Part shown: in pieces, positions 52,249 to 63,170 of the stretch
How positions within the stretch are numbered: the stretch's first letter is position 1
Layout: each line of letters opens with the position of its first letter
Assembly (NCBI GenBank): GCA_038887515.1
Contig: JAWAKK010000002.1
Span: 192,001 to 256,000, forward strand
Direction of reading: 5' to 3'
Origin: Candidatus Nezhaarchaeales archaeon
GTDB taxonomy: Archaea > Thermoproteota > Methanomethylicia > Nezhaarchaeales > WYZ-LMO8
DNA: 64,000 bases
Made by a program: the position numbers and the translations under genes
Notes under the pieces: model-generated
What the model was told of the DNA's origin: nothing
The model's input: only the letters and a program-made list of their open reading frames with translations
The model's database searches: none

Positions 52249-55200
52249 ATGAACGTAAATAGAAGTAGGTTAATAGCTACCGTAACCCTACTATCAATGG
52301 CCTTAATAATCGTAATGGCTATGGCGCCGGTAAGCGTAAGCGCGCAAGCGCAGGAAGCGAAGACCTTGATACTAAGACTGCAGTACCGGAACGGCACCGA
52401 ATCAAAACTATTAGACTTATCGAATGAAAGGGTAACGATACAGTTTAATGACACGGTGTCGTTTAAAAACTTAGTAACTAACGGCGAAGGATCTGTAGTA
52501 CTAAACCTCCCAGCCGGCTGGAAGACCGATTACGTGGTGTACATGAAGGTCTGGTGGAATACTTCTTGGGGCGTATCCTACTTAGTCAACATAACGGGAT
52601 CCTCCACTAATCTTAAACAATTAAGCCATCTCAATGGGACGAATGTTAACTGTTCGATATACAACGTAAGGCTGAAGGCCGTGGGTAGCGATGAGGAGTC
52701 TCTACCCTACGCTAGGATAGCGATTTACGATGTGAATGCCGGCAAGATAGTGCGCGACGAGACTACGACCAAAGAAGGGTTGACGGGCCTCCTTAAGCTT
52801 CCAGCTACAATAAATGAGAATAAGGACTTTGAAAATTACGAGTTTAGGGTTACCGTATATTGGACTCCAACAACTCCCGTAGCTAAGATACCAGTGTACA
52901 ACGTAACGTGGACCCCCAACGACATAAGATCCGCAAGCATAGATACAGCAACAAATGACTTCAATAAAACTAAATGCTCGGTTTATACTATAACTCTTGA
53001 AGGACAAAATATAGTTACGAAAAATAATGTGCCTCTATCCTCGCAGGGAGACCTATTCATATATGCTTACGTGTGCTCGAACGGCACCTTAATGTCCGAG
53101 CAAGTCAGGGTAGATAGCAGAACAACTAAATTTAGGGTGGCAACGGTAGCGTTTGACGATCAACCTGGAGCTGGTAGGCTATCTTCATACGAATTCAGGG
53201 TCTACTGGAGATGGGAGAGAGCATCGATAGAGTACATCGTGTACGCTAAGTCTAATCCCTTTGGAACGATTACTGAAGACGTTACCCATCCTGGATCACT
53301 AGAAACTGAGACTGTCGCTATGGCTATAGGGATGCTCGACAAGAGCGAAAATTTACTTACCCTATACGATGTAGCCATAACTTTCCCAATATATGGCTAT
53401 ACGCTTAGTACAAGTACTGGCACTAGTGGTGCGGGCACTGGCTTAGTAGACTTCTCAGCTATAGTTGGAACTAGTGGCGAGTATTATGGTCCAGATTGGC
53501 TCCCACTACCTATAAAGCACGGAGATACAGTCTTAACGTACAGGATTAAAGCCAACTTCGAAGGGATCCCGGTACTCGACGAGAGCTTCGACTTAACTGG
53601 CTGGAATACTTGGGAGATTTGGGAGAATGTTCCTTTGCTTAACTTCACTTGCAACGTTTACTGGGTGAGCTTTAGACTACTAGATGCCAGTGGCAAAGAA
53701 TTGGTGGGCCCTGCAAGCTTGAAGGTCACATACCCAGATTACGGTGCTACACTTTCATTCCAGATATTCAATGGCTCTGGCGGTAGGAGGATGTCTGGTG
53801 GCTCGGGCTTAACCGCCGTCATCGGCTACAAGGATGTCGACGGGCTTGCACCGCTCTCGCCAGCAAAATTCGACATAAACGATACCAGTACATCCATAGC
53901 CCTCAAGTTCCCGGTCTACAACCTAGTAGTCTACGTCTACGACTGGTACGGTGAAGCTAAGCTTGGAGGCTTAAACTGTACAATTACGTTCACTAAAGGA
54001 TTGTGGAACGGCCTTACCCAAGTTGGAGTTGAGAACGCTACAGCTAAATCCTACACTTTCGAGCAGTTGCCCGCAGGCGGGACGTACACCATAAACACGT
54101 ATACCAAGAAGGGAGCTCAAGCTACTCCAGGCTTTGAAGCCCCGAATGCTCAGGGCAAGCTTATAGGTAAAGCTACTGTTACCATGCCTAGCAGCGACTT
54201 GACTACCAGCATTAAGGCGCCACTATACAACCCGAAGTTCGTAATTAAAGCCGCCGACGGCTCGAGCATACCCCCTGAGCTAGCCGACTTAACTTACATA
54301 CTCGTATGCGCTAACACGAGCGCTAATCCAGCCCTGCTATTCAATAAGAGCGTCGAGATAACCTACGTAAGTAACCAGACCAAGAACATATGCTTCGTCG
54401 GCGGGTGGAATTACCCGGTTAGGGTCTACATTGGTGGAGTAGTAGTTTTCAACGAGCCCGTTAGGCTACCAGACCCAGCTGTAACCGAGGCAGTAACCTT
54501 AAACGTTAACCTATACAAGTCAGCTATTAAGGCGCTAACCTACGACGGGAGGACTCCGATACCGAACCTAGAAGTAAGGTATGGATGGACTGGGATCAAC
54601 GTCACCAAATTTGATGCAGGACAACTGTTCTCAGATGACTGGTCGAGCTACCTAAACTTATTCAAGGGAGTTGATGCTACTCACGATGGGTCTGTGATAG
54701 CGTACAATACCTCTAGGACTGTCACTGGAGCCGATGGCACGGCTTACCTATGGGTGCCCGTCTGGAGCATAAATGAAGCAGGGCTGAACTTTACGACCAT
54801 AGTATTGGGCGTATACACGGTTCCAGAACAGACAGGCGGCGTACCAGCGACTGCGCCTAAGAAGCTAGTGATCCATAGAGATTATTGTAAAGTCGGCATC
54901 GAGGGTATGCGAGCTAACGTTACTGCTGTCAAGCCTGACATCGGCAACCTGAAGACATATGCTTACAACTTCTACGTTAAAGTACTGGACTACTTGGATA
55001 GACCCCTCGCCAACTACGTGGTATTCGTGAACGGTTCGTACGTAGCTGGAGAATTCGAGGACGTAATAGCTACTCAGAGGACTAACAGCAGCGGAGTAGC
55101 TTCGTTCGTATCCGGTGTAGGAGGAGTATTCTTCTTCGCTAACTATAGCTACATCGCAAACGCCTTCGAGGACGTGACCGTGGACTACCCACAGGTAGCG

Positions 55201-56433
55201 TCCAGCTCCCTCGAAGCTAATAATTGGGCTCAGGGCTCTGTAATCACAGCGAAATTCCCAGGAGCGCTGATAATTAAAGCGTTAGATTGGAGCGGTAGCC
55301 CGCTAGTAGGTGCAACAGTCAAGCTGTTCTGGGCTAGCGGCTCTTGGGCTAGCGGCTTAACTGCCTTAGCTAGGACTGACGCCAACGGCATGGTAACCAT
55401 AAATATGGTCGATACGACTAAGATATACACGGTCGAAGTATGGTTTAGAGGTTCAGTGATCAACCAGAAGTACAGGCTTGAAGAGCAACTAGTCTTCCCA
55501 GACGGAGTCAACGTCTTCAGCTACACTGAAAGGATGCTGGTCTTCAGTCCGAAGTTCACATTGATAAGCGATACCGGTGTAGCTTTGCCTACCGGAATAA
55601 CCGTTAATGTTTCATGGCCTGATGGAGCTGTCGAGACCTACACTACTGACGCTACGGGCTCAGTAATGTTGAAGCAAGCCCCGATAGGCAAGTACAGAGT
55701 CGAAGCTGTATGGGAGAACGTTGTGATCTACATCTCAGACCTATGGATATCGTCAGATGCACCGGTAACCCTTAAGACGACGGTCTTCGAGGTCGGGTTA
55801 AGGATACTAACGCCCAAGGGGACGCCGCTGGCTGGAGCTGAGGTAAGCATAGTATATCCGAACGGTAAGGAAGTGACCGTCGTACTAGATTCTCAAGGTA
55901 AGGTCGTGCTACCGTTTGTGGCGGTCGATGAAGTCCGCAACGTACTGACCGTGAAGAGCGTCACTTGGAAGAATGCGGTGATAAGCTTAACTGGCAACAA
56001 AGCGACGATAAGGGCTTCGGATACAGTATCGTTCTACACCGCTAACGTCTACACGTTAACGGTCTCAGTTGTAGGGGCTCAAGGGCAACCTCTAAGTGGA
56101 GCGACCGTTACGGTCCTCAAGGACGGTAAGGTCGTAACTACTGCTAGAGCTGAAGGAGGCGTAGCAGTAATCGAGCTTCCAGCCGGAGCTTACAAGGTTG
56201 AAGCAACTTACCTAGGAAAGAAGGCTGAGGCTTCGGTCACGGTCTCAGCCGATACTACTGCTACCGTAACGTTGGACGTATACATGACAATTGGCGGGCA
56301 GGCCTTCAGCGTAGGCGAAATAGTTCTGTGGATAGTCGTGGCAATAATAATAGTCATAGTGTTGGCTGCCATAATAATAGCGCTAACGAGGATAACTAGG
56401 AGGAAAGCCCCTGCCACAGCTACTGGAACTTAA
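52249..56433 (+). CDS. Large membrane-anchored cell-surface glycoprotein (S-layer-like, repeated beta-sandwich domains)
   Basis: Signal peptide; many N-X-S/T sequons; repeats like D..G.PL.GA.V...TD..G; C-terminal TM helix and basic tail. Confidence 0.8.
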   Translation: MNVNRSRLIATVTLLSMALIIVMAMAPVSVSAQAQEAKTLILRLQYRNGTESKLLDLSNERVTIQFNDTVSFKNLVTNGEGSVVLNLPAGWKTDYVVYMKVWWNTSWGVSYLVNITGSSTNLKQLSHLNGTNVNCSIYNVRLKAVGSDEESLPYARIAIYDVNAGKIVRDETTTKEGLTGLLKLPATINENKDFENYEFRVTVYWTPTTPVAKIPVYNVTWTPNDIRSASIDTATNDFNKTKCSVYTITLEGQNIVTKNNVPLSSQGDLFIYAYVCSNGTLMSEQVRVDSRTTKFRVATVAFDDQPGAGRLSSYEFRVYWRWERASIEYIVYAKSNPFGTITEDVTHPGSLETETVAMAIGMLDKSENLLTLYDVAITFPIYGYTLSTSTGTSGAGTGLVDFSAIVGTSGEYYGPDWLPLPIKHGDTVLTYRIKANFEGIPVLDESFDLTGWNTWEIWENVPLLNFTCNVYWVSFRLLDASGKELVGPASLKVTYPDYGATLSFQIFNGSGGRRMSGGSGLTAVIGYKDVDGLAPLSPAKFDINDTSTSIALKFPVYNLVVYVYDWYGEAKLGGLNCTITFTKGLWNGLTQVGVENATAKSYTFEQLPAGGTYTINTYTKKGAQATPGFEAPNAQGKLIGKATVTMPSSDLTTSIKAPLYNPKFVIKAADGSSIPPELADLTYILVCANTSANPALLFNKSVEITYVSNQTKNICFVGGWNYPVRVYIGGVVVFNEPVRLPDPAVTEAVTLNVNLYKSAIKALTYDGRTPIPNLEVRYGWTGINVTKFDAGQLFSDDWSSYLNLFKGVDATHDGSVIAYNTSRTVTGADGTAYLWVPVWSINEAGLNFTTIVLGVYTVPEQTGGVPATAPKKLVIHRDYCKVGIEGMRANVTAVKPDIGNLKTYAYNFYVKVLDYLDRPLANYVVFVNGSYVAGEFEDVIATQRTNSSGVASFVSGVGGVFFFANYSYIANAFEDVTVDYPQVASSSLEANNWAQGSVITAKFPGALIIKALDWSGSPLVGATVKLFWASGSWASGLTALARTDANGMVTINMVDTTKIYTVEVWFRGSVINQKYRLEEQLVFPDGVNVFSYTERMLVFSPKFTLISDTGVALPTGITVNVSWPDGAVETYTTDATGSVMLKQAPIGKYRVEAVWENVVIYISDLWISSDAPVTLKTTVFEVGLRILTPKGTPLAGAEVSIVYPNGKEVTVVLDSQGKVVLPFVAVDEVRNVLTVKSVTWKNAVISLTGNKATIRASDTVSFYTANVYTLTVSVVGAQGQPLSGATVTVLKDGKVVTTARAEGGVAVIELPAGAYKVEATYLGKKAEASVTVSADTTATVTLDVYMTIGGQAFSVGEIVLWIVVAIIIVIVLAAIIIALTRITRRKAPATATGT

Positions 56434-56454
56434 TAAGCCCCCTAATCTTTACCT

Positions 56455-56468
56455 TCCCTCTTTTATTT
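56455..56468 (+). terminator. Pyrimidine/T-rich terminator-like tract
   Basis: TTCCCTCTTTTATTT after the stop codon. Confidence 0.45.
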
Positions 56469-56579
56469 AATGTTACTATACAAGCCTTAGCTACCCATAC
56501 TCTAAAGGTTATGTATACGTCTTCCTTGAGCTATTTAGGGTTTTATTAAACCTACAACCACTAGCTACATCGAGGGTCT

Positions 56580-56957
56580 GTGAGCTGGCGAACTATCTTA
56601 TTTATGGTAATGGCATTAGTTTTACTGCTTGTAGCAACCACGTTACCTTTAAGGGTGGTCCGAGCTGAAAACGACGTAGTAAATCAGACTATGAACTCGC
56701 TATACAATAGCTTCCTCGAAAACCTGAAATCGTCAATAGATAGACTGCTAATCGGAGTGAAGGAGACCTTCACATACATAGTCCGTAGAGGTCTTGAGGT
56801 CTTAATAGCGATTGCGCGGGCCTCATACGTAGCTATAGGTCTTCTAGGCTTAACTCTCTGGACTACCGGGATATCGCCTTATAGGGGGAGGCATTTAATA
56901 GTCGGTGCAATCATTCTTGCTATCGTATCTGAAGTAGCGTGCGGACTGATGAGCTAA
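56580..56957 (+). CDS. Hypothetical membrane protein
   Basis: N-terminal hydrophobic segment and C-terminal TM hairpin. Confidence 0.7.
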   Translation: MSWRTILFMVMALVLLLVATTLPLRVVRAENDVVNQTMNSLYNSFLENLKSSIDRLLIGVKETFTYIVRRGLEVLIAIARASYVAIGLLGLTLWTTGISPYRGRHLIVGAIILAIVSEVACGLMS

Positions 56958-57701
56958 ATGGTTGGAGAGGAGTCCCTAACTATCGGGGAACTAAGGGATG
57001 TGTGGAGCAGGGTTACGTACGTAGCTAGCGGATGCAAAGCCCTGGATAGACTCCTTGGAGGGGGCTTCCCCTCGTCGCACGTAACCTTAGTGTACGGCGA
57101 AAGGTCTTCCGGCAAGACTCAGCTCTGCCATCAAGTTGTTACGCACCACTTAATTAATAACCCGACGTCCTTCGCCGTGTACATCGATATAGATTCGACC
57201 TTCTCTCCATCGAGGGTAGCTAGCATAGCGTCTCGCAATGGCGTTTCAGACCCTAAGGACGTCTTATCGAGGATACTATACTATAAACCGACAACCTTCA
57301 ACGATCAAGATCGCATGCTGGACCTCTTAGACAACCTCTACGCGAGCATGCCCCACAAGCTCCTAGTCGTAGACTCTCTATCCTCGATAGTCAGGGGGGA
57401 ATACGGGATCGCTATAGTAGAAATGCAGAGGGCAATGTCGAGCTACATCAGGAGATTGCAGGAGTACGCTATGAAGAGGAATGTAGCTGTCATAGCTACC
57501 GATAACGTTCGCTTAGTGAAGATTCAGGATAGAGAGCTCCTAGTACCCGTATCCTTCCAAGCACTGGAGATATCAACAACGCGTCTGAGGCTTATAAGGG
57601 GACCTGGAAATAGAAGATTATGCCGATTAGAGGCATCACCAATACTGCCCGAGAGCGAAGCCCTATTCCTCATAGGAGAGGAGGGTTTAATGGATATATA
57701 A
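56958..57701 (+). CDS. RadA paralog (RadB/aRadC-like ATPase)
   Basis: SGCKALDRLLGGG, GERSSGKTQ, LLVVDS; lacks the RadA N-terminal domain. Confidence 0.88.
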   Translation: MVGEESLTIGELRDVWSRVTYVASGCKALDRLLGGGFPSSHVTLVYGERSSGKTQLCHQVVTHHLINNPTSFAVYIDIDSTFSPSRVASIASRNGVSDPKDVLSRILYYKPTTFNDQDRMLDLLDNLYASMPHKLLVVDSLSSIVRGEYGIAIVEMQRAMSSYIRRLQEYAMKRNVAVIATDNVRLVKIQDRELLVPVSFQALEISTTRLRLIRGPGNRRLCRLEASPILPESEALFLIGEEGLMDI

Positions 57702-57757
57702 CCTTCTCTACGATAATCTAATCCGTTTAGAGCTTAATTAATTCATGTCTCCCTACT

Positions 57758-58309
57758 TCAGTCGCTGGTCGAGAATTCGCTCCTACACTCTTCGCATAGG
57801 AAGTGGCCATTGACTTCTCTAAGATCCTCGCTCCACTCTCCACAGATCTCGCAGTAGCCTGCTTGGACTTCCCTTACGTATCGCTCCTCTATTTCCCTCT
57901 TAGAAGTTAATATTTCGATGAGTGCCGGTGCAACCCTTAAAACGTCTCTCTCAGTGATTATCCCTACAAGCCTCCCCTTATCGAGCACTACAAGCCTCCT
58001 AACCCTGTTTCTAGCCATCTTCGACATGGCTGCTATCAGGGGGACCTGAGGGTCGATGGTTATGAGGGGGGACGACATGACCTCCCTACACGTAATTTCA
58101 TCACCATTGAATCCCTTAGCCATAACTCTAGAGATCAAGTCTCTCTCGGTAACTATACCTATCGGCCTACCTTGATGGTCTGTTACAACGACGCATCCTA
58201 TCCCATACTTGTCCATAAGCATTGCGGCCCTCCTAGCCTTCTCACTTGCATCTACGGTTACAACGTCGCTCGTCATAACGTCCGCCACTTTAACGTTAGG
58301 CGCACTCAC
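57758..58309 (-). CDS. CBS-pair protein with C-terminal Zn finger
   Basis: GIVTERD/GIITERD; CEICG...LCEEC. Confidence 0.9.
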   Translation of the reverse strand: MSAPNVKVADVMTSDVVTVDASEKARRAAMLMDKYGIGCVVVTDHQGRPIGIVTERDLISRVMAKGFNGDEITCREVMSSPLITIDPQVPLIAAMSKMARNRVRRLVVLDKGRLVGIITERDVLRVAPALIEILTSKREIEERYVREVQAGYCEICGEWSEDLREVNGHFLCEECRSEFSTSD

Positions 58310-58396
58310 CCTAGCAATGCCTCCTTCCGCTTGAAAATTCTTTAAATCCCTTTAAAAAGGCTATCGCTCTTCTAGGCTTCTTTCAATCGTTCTTCT

Positions 58397-60370
58397 TCAT
58401 TGACGTCCCTTCCCTATCATCTTGACTGGACCGTGAGGCAATACCTTGAGTACATCTTCAACCGTTATCGTTTTCTCCGAAGCTGTAGACTTAAGCTCAT
58501 CATTAAAAATCTTAGCTATCCTAGTTGCTGCACGCCCCTTCTCCTCATCTCCTGGAACCAGTAACACGTAGGCTATAGCTTGTTTAGCTATTGCTGATGG
58601 AGGGCCCGACACCACAAGTACATCACCGTTGATAATCATTAGGCCGACGGCCAGCTTAAGCTCGACGCCCCTTAAATAGTTCCTTGTCCCCCTAATCATG
58701 AAGGAGCCCTTAGGCAAATACTCGCCGGAAGGAGGCGTCTTAGATACTTGCTCTCCATAAACCCAATAGACGTCTATAGATCCAAAGCCAGCCTTCCAAG
58801 CCTTTGAGTAACATGCAGCGTACTGAGCTGCTTCGACAATAGTGTTTAAGGGGACCTCTCGCCCTTCGCTCTTTACTATTACTGTGGCCGCTCCAACAAT
58901 ATCTGCGTGGAAGAACAGGTCCCTATCTTCAAGGTACTTCTTTACCAGCACTTCGTTTTGGGCTGCATCTTTACCGGCAACGACTAGAAAGCCTTCGCTC
59001 GACTTAAACCACAAGTACTTCTCGTACCAGTACTTCTGCTCCCTCCTCTTCCTTATCTTCTCTTCTGCTTCTTCTACGAGCTTCTTCTCCTCCTCTATCA
59101 GAGAGGTTAGCTTAGAATCCAACTCTACGAGGGCCTTCCTGCTCGACTCTAACTTCCTCTTAAGGCTCTTCAACTCGCCATACAAGCTAGATATGTTAGA
59201 CATTAAGCTCTCGCAAGGCTTTAACGTTAGTTCTACTCCTTCAATCCCAACCTTAACGGTTCGTGCCTTCCGATCTACTTCGAGAACGCTGAAGCCTTCA
59301 ATCTTAGGTTTACAAGCGGACTCTACACCGCGATCCATAGCCTCCTTAAGCTCGTCAAGAAAGCCTTGAAGGTCTTCGTAGTTCCTCTTTAGGAAGTCTA
59401 TTACCCTCCTTAACCCTTCGACCTTAGCCTCAAGTTCAGCTATCCTTAATTTGACTTCCCTAATAGAGGCCTCAACCTTAGCCCTCTCCCTTTCGACCTC
59501 CTTTCCTTTGAGAAGGCTCTCTTTAACCTCTTCATAGAAGAATTCAGCTACAGCTTCGTAGAATTGGCTGTACGACTTCTTCTCGCAGCCGCTGTAGATC
59601 ACGAAGTCCACGGGGACTACCGAGAACGGCTTGCCATCCACGTACACGATATTAGGGTTGGGGTTTTCTACTAAGTCCAGTAGTTTACGGGTAGCTTCAA
59701 CTATCCTTCCTACTTCTTCATCGGAGCTGACTTCGAAATCCGGACTTATAGAGCTCCTTGCTAAAACCTCGTAAGCCAGCTCGGGAGATCCTACTAATGC
59801 TAAAGCCGCGTAAAACGCTTTTTTCCTACCACACTTAATTGCTTCTAAGACTTTCTCTACATCTAAGTTGAGCACGGTGTTTGGCGGAAGCTGATACTTT
59901 AACCCCCTCCTTAAAGCCCTATCCTTGTACTCGACTTCTCTATAGGTAGCTATGATCGTTGCATCGGGACCGCATAAAACTAAGTTGCCTTCTCTTACGA
60001 GTTCGATTATTAGCTCGTAGGAGCAATCCTTACCTTCAACCTTTATATTAACTATCCTATCGAAGCCAACTTGGTCGACCGCCGTTATCCTCGTCCTCCT
60101 CAAATATTTCCTTAAAAGCCTACATAGGGTAGGAGGTTGCGCGGGCTTCTCTACATCATAACTAGAGATGCAGATCCAATTAGGAAGTTTAGTTGCTAGG
60201 ATCCTCGTAGCACCATCGTTACACCTTATCTTCAACATTACTATGTCGCCGATCATGTACACGTTGATTATTACGCCGCCTACTATCAGTTGCTTCATCT
60301 CCTTAATTAATGCCCTTAGGTCCAAGGCTGAGATGGATCTCTTAGCCCTTAACTTTGTCAATGCCGTCAT
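58397..60370 (-). CDS. rqcH: Ribosome quality control factor Rqc2/RqcH (NFACT/NEMF)
   Basis: GFDRIV, WYEKYLWF, GKDAAQNE, FHADIVGA, SGEYLPKGSFMIRG. Confidence 0.93.
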   Translation of the reverse strand: MTALTKLRAKRSISALDLRALIKEMKQLIVGGVIINVYMIGDIVMLKIRCNDGATRILATKLPNWICISSYDVEKPAQPPTLCRLLRKYLRRTRITAVDQVGFDRIVNIKVEGKDCSYELIIELVREGNLVLCGPDATIIATYREVEYKDRALRRGLKYQLPPNTVLNLDVEKVLEAIKCGRKKAFYAALALVGSPELAYEVLARSSISPDFEVSSDEEVGRIVEATRKLLDLVENPNPNIVYVDGKPFSVVPVDFVIYSGCEKKSYSQFYEAVAEFFYEEVKESLLKGKEVERERAKVEASIREVKLRIAELEAKVEGLRRVIDFLKRNYEDLQGFLDELKEAMDRGVESACKPKIEGFSVLEVDRKARTVKVGIEGVELTLKPCESLMSNISSLYGELKSLKRKLESSRKALVELDSKLTSLIEEEKKLVEEAEEKIRKRREQKYWYEKYLWFKSSEGFLVVAGKDAAQNEVLVKKYLEDRDLFFHADIVGAATVIVKSEGREVPLNTIVEAAQYAACYSKAWKAGFGSIDVYWVYGEQVSKTPPSGEYLPKGSFMIRGTRNYLRGVELKLAVGLMIINGDVLVVSGPPSAIAKQAIAYVLLVPGDEEKGRAATRIAKIFNDELKSTASEKTITVEDVLKVLPHGPVKMIGKGRQ

Positions 60371-60423
60371 CTTGCACTTAAGTTTTATTAGAAAGGGTAA
60401 AAATTAAAGATTCGCGAGACCAA

Positions 60424-60738
60424 ATGAGACCTGGAACGAAGGTTTACGTAGCTAGGATAGCCTTCGCAATCTTAGCTGGGCTCTTAAGCGCATTAATAAA
60501 TCCGCTATACCTTACGTTTCAATCTCATGGCGTTGCAGCATCGGTTTTACCGATCATAATCGCGATATTCTTATACGTTGCCTCCTACTATTTCGTGAAG
60601 AAAGTAATTAAGCTTCAACAATCAGGCTTCAACGAACCTTCCTACATCTATAGGGGAGGGCTATTCACATACATATTCATGTGGATAGTGACGTGGTCGT
60701 TAGTAGCTTCACTACTACATCCTTTCTTAATACAATGA
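60424..60738 (+). CDS. Three-TM membrane protein (EMC6-like, tentative)
   Basis: 3 hydrophobic helices; C-terminal GLFTYIFMWIVTW. Confidence 0.55.
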   Translation: MRPGTKVYVARIAFAILAGLLSALINPLYLTFQSHGVAASVLPIIIAIFLYVASYYFVKKVIKLQQSGFNEPSYIYRGGLFTYIFMWIVTWSLVASLLHPFLIQ

Positions 60739-60760
60739 CCGCTCTGTAAAGGTAAAGATC

Positions 60761-62092
60761 ATGAGGACCCTAATACACAATTGTAGAATTTACGCAGATG
60801 GTAGGGTAGTTGAGAATTGCTACTTGCTTGTAGATGCACCCTTCATATCCGACCTTGGAGTAGACGATGTAACTGTAAGCTCCTACGACGTCAAACTGAA
60901 CGCTCAAGGGAGGCTTCTGATCCCAGGGTTAATAGACGTTCACGTACACCTAAGGGATCAACAACTCTCGTACAAGGAGGACTTTAGGAGTGGAACTGCC
61001 AGTGCAGCACTTGGAGGTGTAACTTCGGTAATAGATATGCCCAACAACCTTCCACCCACCGACACACCATCAAGACTAATCGAGAGGATCAACTTAGCTA
61101 AAGAAAGGATCTTAGCGAACGTTGGATTCGCCTGCAAGCCATCACTAAACCACGAAGTCAACATAGAGTTAGCTAGGGCTGGGGCTATAGCCTTCAAGGT
61201 CTTTGTCTACGAATACATGAATTGTGGGACGATAGACCTCTATTCCATAGATAACGTAATGTCCTCTATCTCCAAGGTCAACAGGGTCTTAATGTTGCAC
61301 TGCAACGTAAAATCGTCGTTTCCGGAGGCCCTTGAGCTCGCGAAGAAGAAAAACATGGCTAAGCTCTGTAGAGTTGAAAAGAAGTTGACCGAAAATGTCT
61401 TGAGCATTGCGAAGGCACATGGAGTTAAGCTACACTTCTGTCACGTTAGCAGCCCAAAAGCTGCTGAGGTTATTAACTTACAGAGGGGCTCTATTCATGC
61501 AACATGTGAAGCAACAATACACCACTTATTCCTAGACTACACGGTTCTCGAGAAGTTTGGTTCGCTTGCTCACGTCGATCCACCACTCAAAAGTAAGTTT
61601 ACGGCTCGCCTGCTCTTCGACAAGCTCAGGAGAGGGGTAATAGATATGGTAGTCAGCGACCACGCTCCTCACGCACTCGCTGAAAAGTGTGGAGAAGACC
61701 CTAAGCCGGGATTTCCAAATCTACAGCTCATGATGCCGATGCTAATGACTCAAGTTAAGAGGGGTAGGTTGACCTTAGACTTCGTAGTGGAAAGGGGCTC
61801 TGCAAAGCCCGCCGAGATATTTGGAGTAGAGAAGAGGGGAGCTTTAAGGAAGGGGTACTATGCTGACTTAGTAGAGTTGGACTTAAAGAGGAGACTGAAG
61901 GTTAAGAGCGAGCTACTAGTTTCAAAGGCTAAGTATACGCCGTTCGAGGGTATGACTTTGGTAGGAGTACCAGTTAGAACTTACGTTAACGGCTTGTGCG
62001 TTAACGACGACTATACTATAGTTGGGAGAGGCGGAGAGGGAACAATACTCCTTCCTGGTGATGCGTGTGGCGTCGGAAAAGCTTCTGCTTGA
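60761..62092 (+). CDS. pyrC: Dihydroorotase
   Basis: PGLIDVHVHLRD, DMPNN.P, HFCHVS, SDHAPH, YTPFEG. Confidence 0.9.
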   Translation: MRTLIHNCRIYADGRVVENCYLLVDAPFISDLGVDDVTVSSYDVKLNAQGRLLIPGLIDVHVHLRDQQLSYKEDFRSGTASAALGGVTSVIDMPNNLPPTDTPSRLIERINLAKERILANVGFACKPSLNHEVNIELARAGAIAFKVFVYEYMNCGTIDLYSIDNVMSSISKVNRVLMLHCNVKSSFPEALELAKKKNMAKLCRVEKKLTENVLSIAKAHGVKLHFCHVSSPKAAEVINLQRGSIHATCEATIHHLFLDYTVLEKFGSLAHVDPPLKSKFTARLLFDKLRRGVIDMVVSDHAPHALAEKCGEDPKPGFPNLQLMMPMLMTQVKRGRLTLDFVVERGSAKPAEIFGVEKRGALRKGYYADLVELDLKRRLKVKSELLVSKAKYTPFEGMTLVGVPVRTYVNGLCVNDDYTIVGRGGEGTILLPGDACGVGKASA

Positions 62093-62555
62093 TAGCATGT
62101 GCGGGAAGCTAGCCCGCTGGCTCCGTTTCTTGGGCTTCGACGTCGAGTACATTAAAGAGGCTGACGACGAATCGCTCATTGCTGAAGCCGAAAGGTCCGG
62201 GAGGACCATAGTTACGAGGGATCAAGAACTCCACAATAGGTCTATCAGGAGGGGGATCAAGTCTATACTTCTTAAGTCCACGGACCACGTGGAAAATATG
62301 TGCGTACTACTTCGAGAACTGGGTGTTAAGATATCCCTTCCTCCAAAGGAAACTCGATGTCCCATATGCAACAACATACTCAAGGAGGTGAAGTCGAACT
62401 CTATAATACACTTGCTACCTTCAGAGGAACTTGCTCGTCGATACAAGAAGTTTTGGCTATGCGAAAGCTGCAATAAAGCCTATTGGGTAGGCTCTCACTG
62501 GCGAAACATTAAGAAGATATTAAGCCAAGTAGAGAAATGTATTGAGGAGGGCTAA
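62022..62555 (+). CDS. Mut7-C RNase (PIN-like, DUF82) family
   Basis: DSMCGKLARWLR.LGFD, TRD, RCPICN, C..C.KAYW.GSHW; true start likely ~62061. Confidence 0.9.
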   Translation: MGEAEREQYSFLVMRVASEKLLLDSMCGKLARWLRFLGFDVEYIKEADDESLIAEAERSGRTIVTRDQELHNRSIRRGIKSILLKSTDHVENMCVLLRELGVKISLPPKETRCPICNNILKEVKSNSIIHLLPSEELARRYKKFWLCESCNKAYWVGSHWRNIKKILSQVEKCIEEG

Positions 62556-62558
62556 GCT

Positions 62559-63170
62559 TTGGCGCCTCTATCCGAAGAAGAAGGAGCTTTCCTAGTAAGG
62601 CTTGCGAGGAAAGCTGTAAGCGAGTACTTCTCTTCTAAGAGGGTTATGAGTCCTCCATCCGATGCTCCTTATAAGCTCTACGAGAAGCGAGGCGTTTTCG
62701 TAACTATAGAGTCTTATCCTAGCCGTGAGCTACGGGGTTGTATAGGCTTCCCGGAGCCCGTATACCCTTTAGTAGAGGCAACTATAAGGGCATCTCTAGC
62801 ATCTGCATTTGAAGATCCAAGGTTCCCGCCTCTACGCGCCTCGGAACTTAAAGGTGTCGTCTTTGAAGTTAGCGTGTTAACGCCACCCCAATTAGTTAAA
62901 GCGTCAAAGCCAGCGGAGTATCCTTCCATGATAAAGGTTGGGGTGGATGGCTTGATCGTGGAGAGGGGCATCTTTAAGGGTCTCCTCCTACCCCAAGTAG
63001 CTGTTGAATACGGTTGGGACGAAGAAGAGTTCTTAACTCAATGTTGCTTGAAAGCTCTACTACCTCCTGATGCTTGGCTGGACCCTCGTACTAAGATATA
63101 TAAGTTCCAAGCTGAAATCTTCGAGGAGGAAGCTCCTGAAGGATCGATAAAGAGGAAGAAGCTAGGTTAA
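62559..63170 (+). CDS. AMMECR1/TIGR00296 family protein
   Basis: GVFVT, LRGCIG, DPRFPP, EVSVLT, GLLLPQV. Confidence 0.93.
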   Translation: MAPLSEEEGAFLVRLARKAVSEYFSSKRVMSPPSDAPYKLYEKRGVFVTIESYPSRELRGCIGFPEPVYPLVEATIRASLASAFEDPRFPPLRASELKGVVFEVSVLTPPQLVKASKPAEYPSMIKVGVDGLIVERGIFKGLLLPQVAVEYGWDEEEFLTQCCLKALLPPDAWLDPRTKIYKFQAEIFEEEAPEGSIKRKKLG

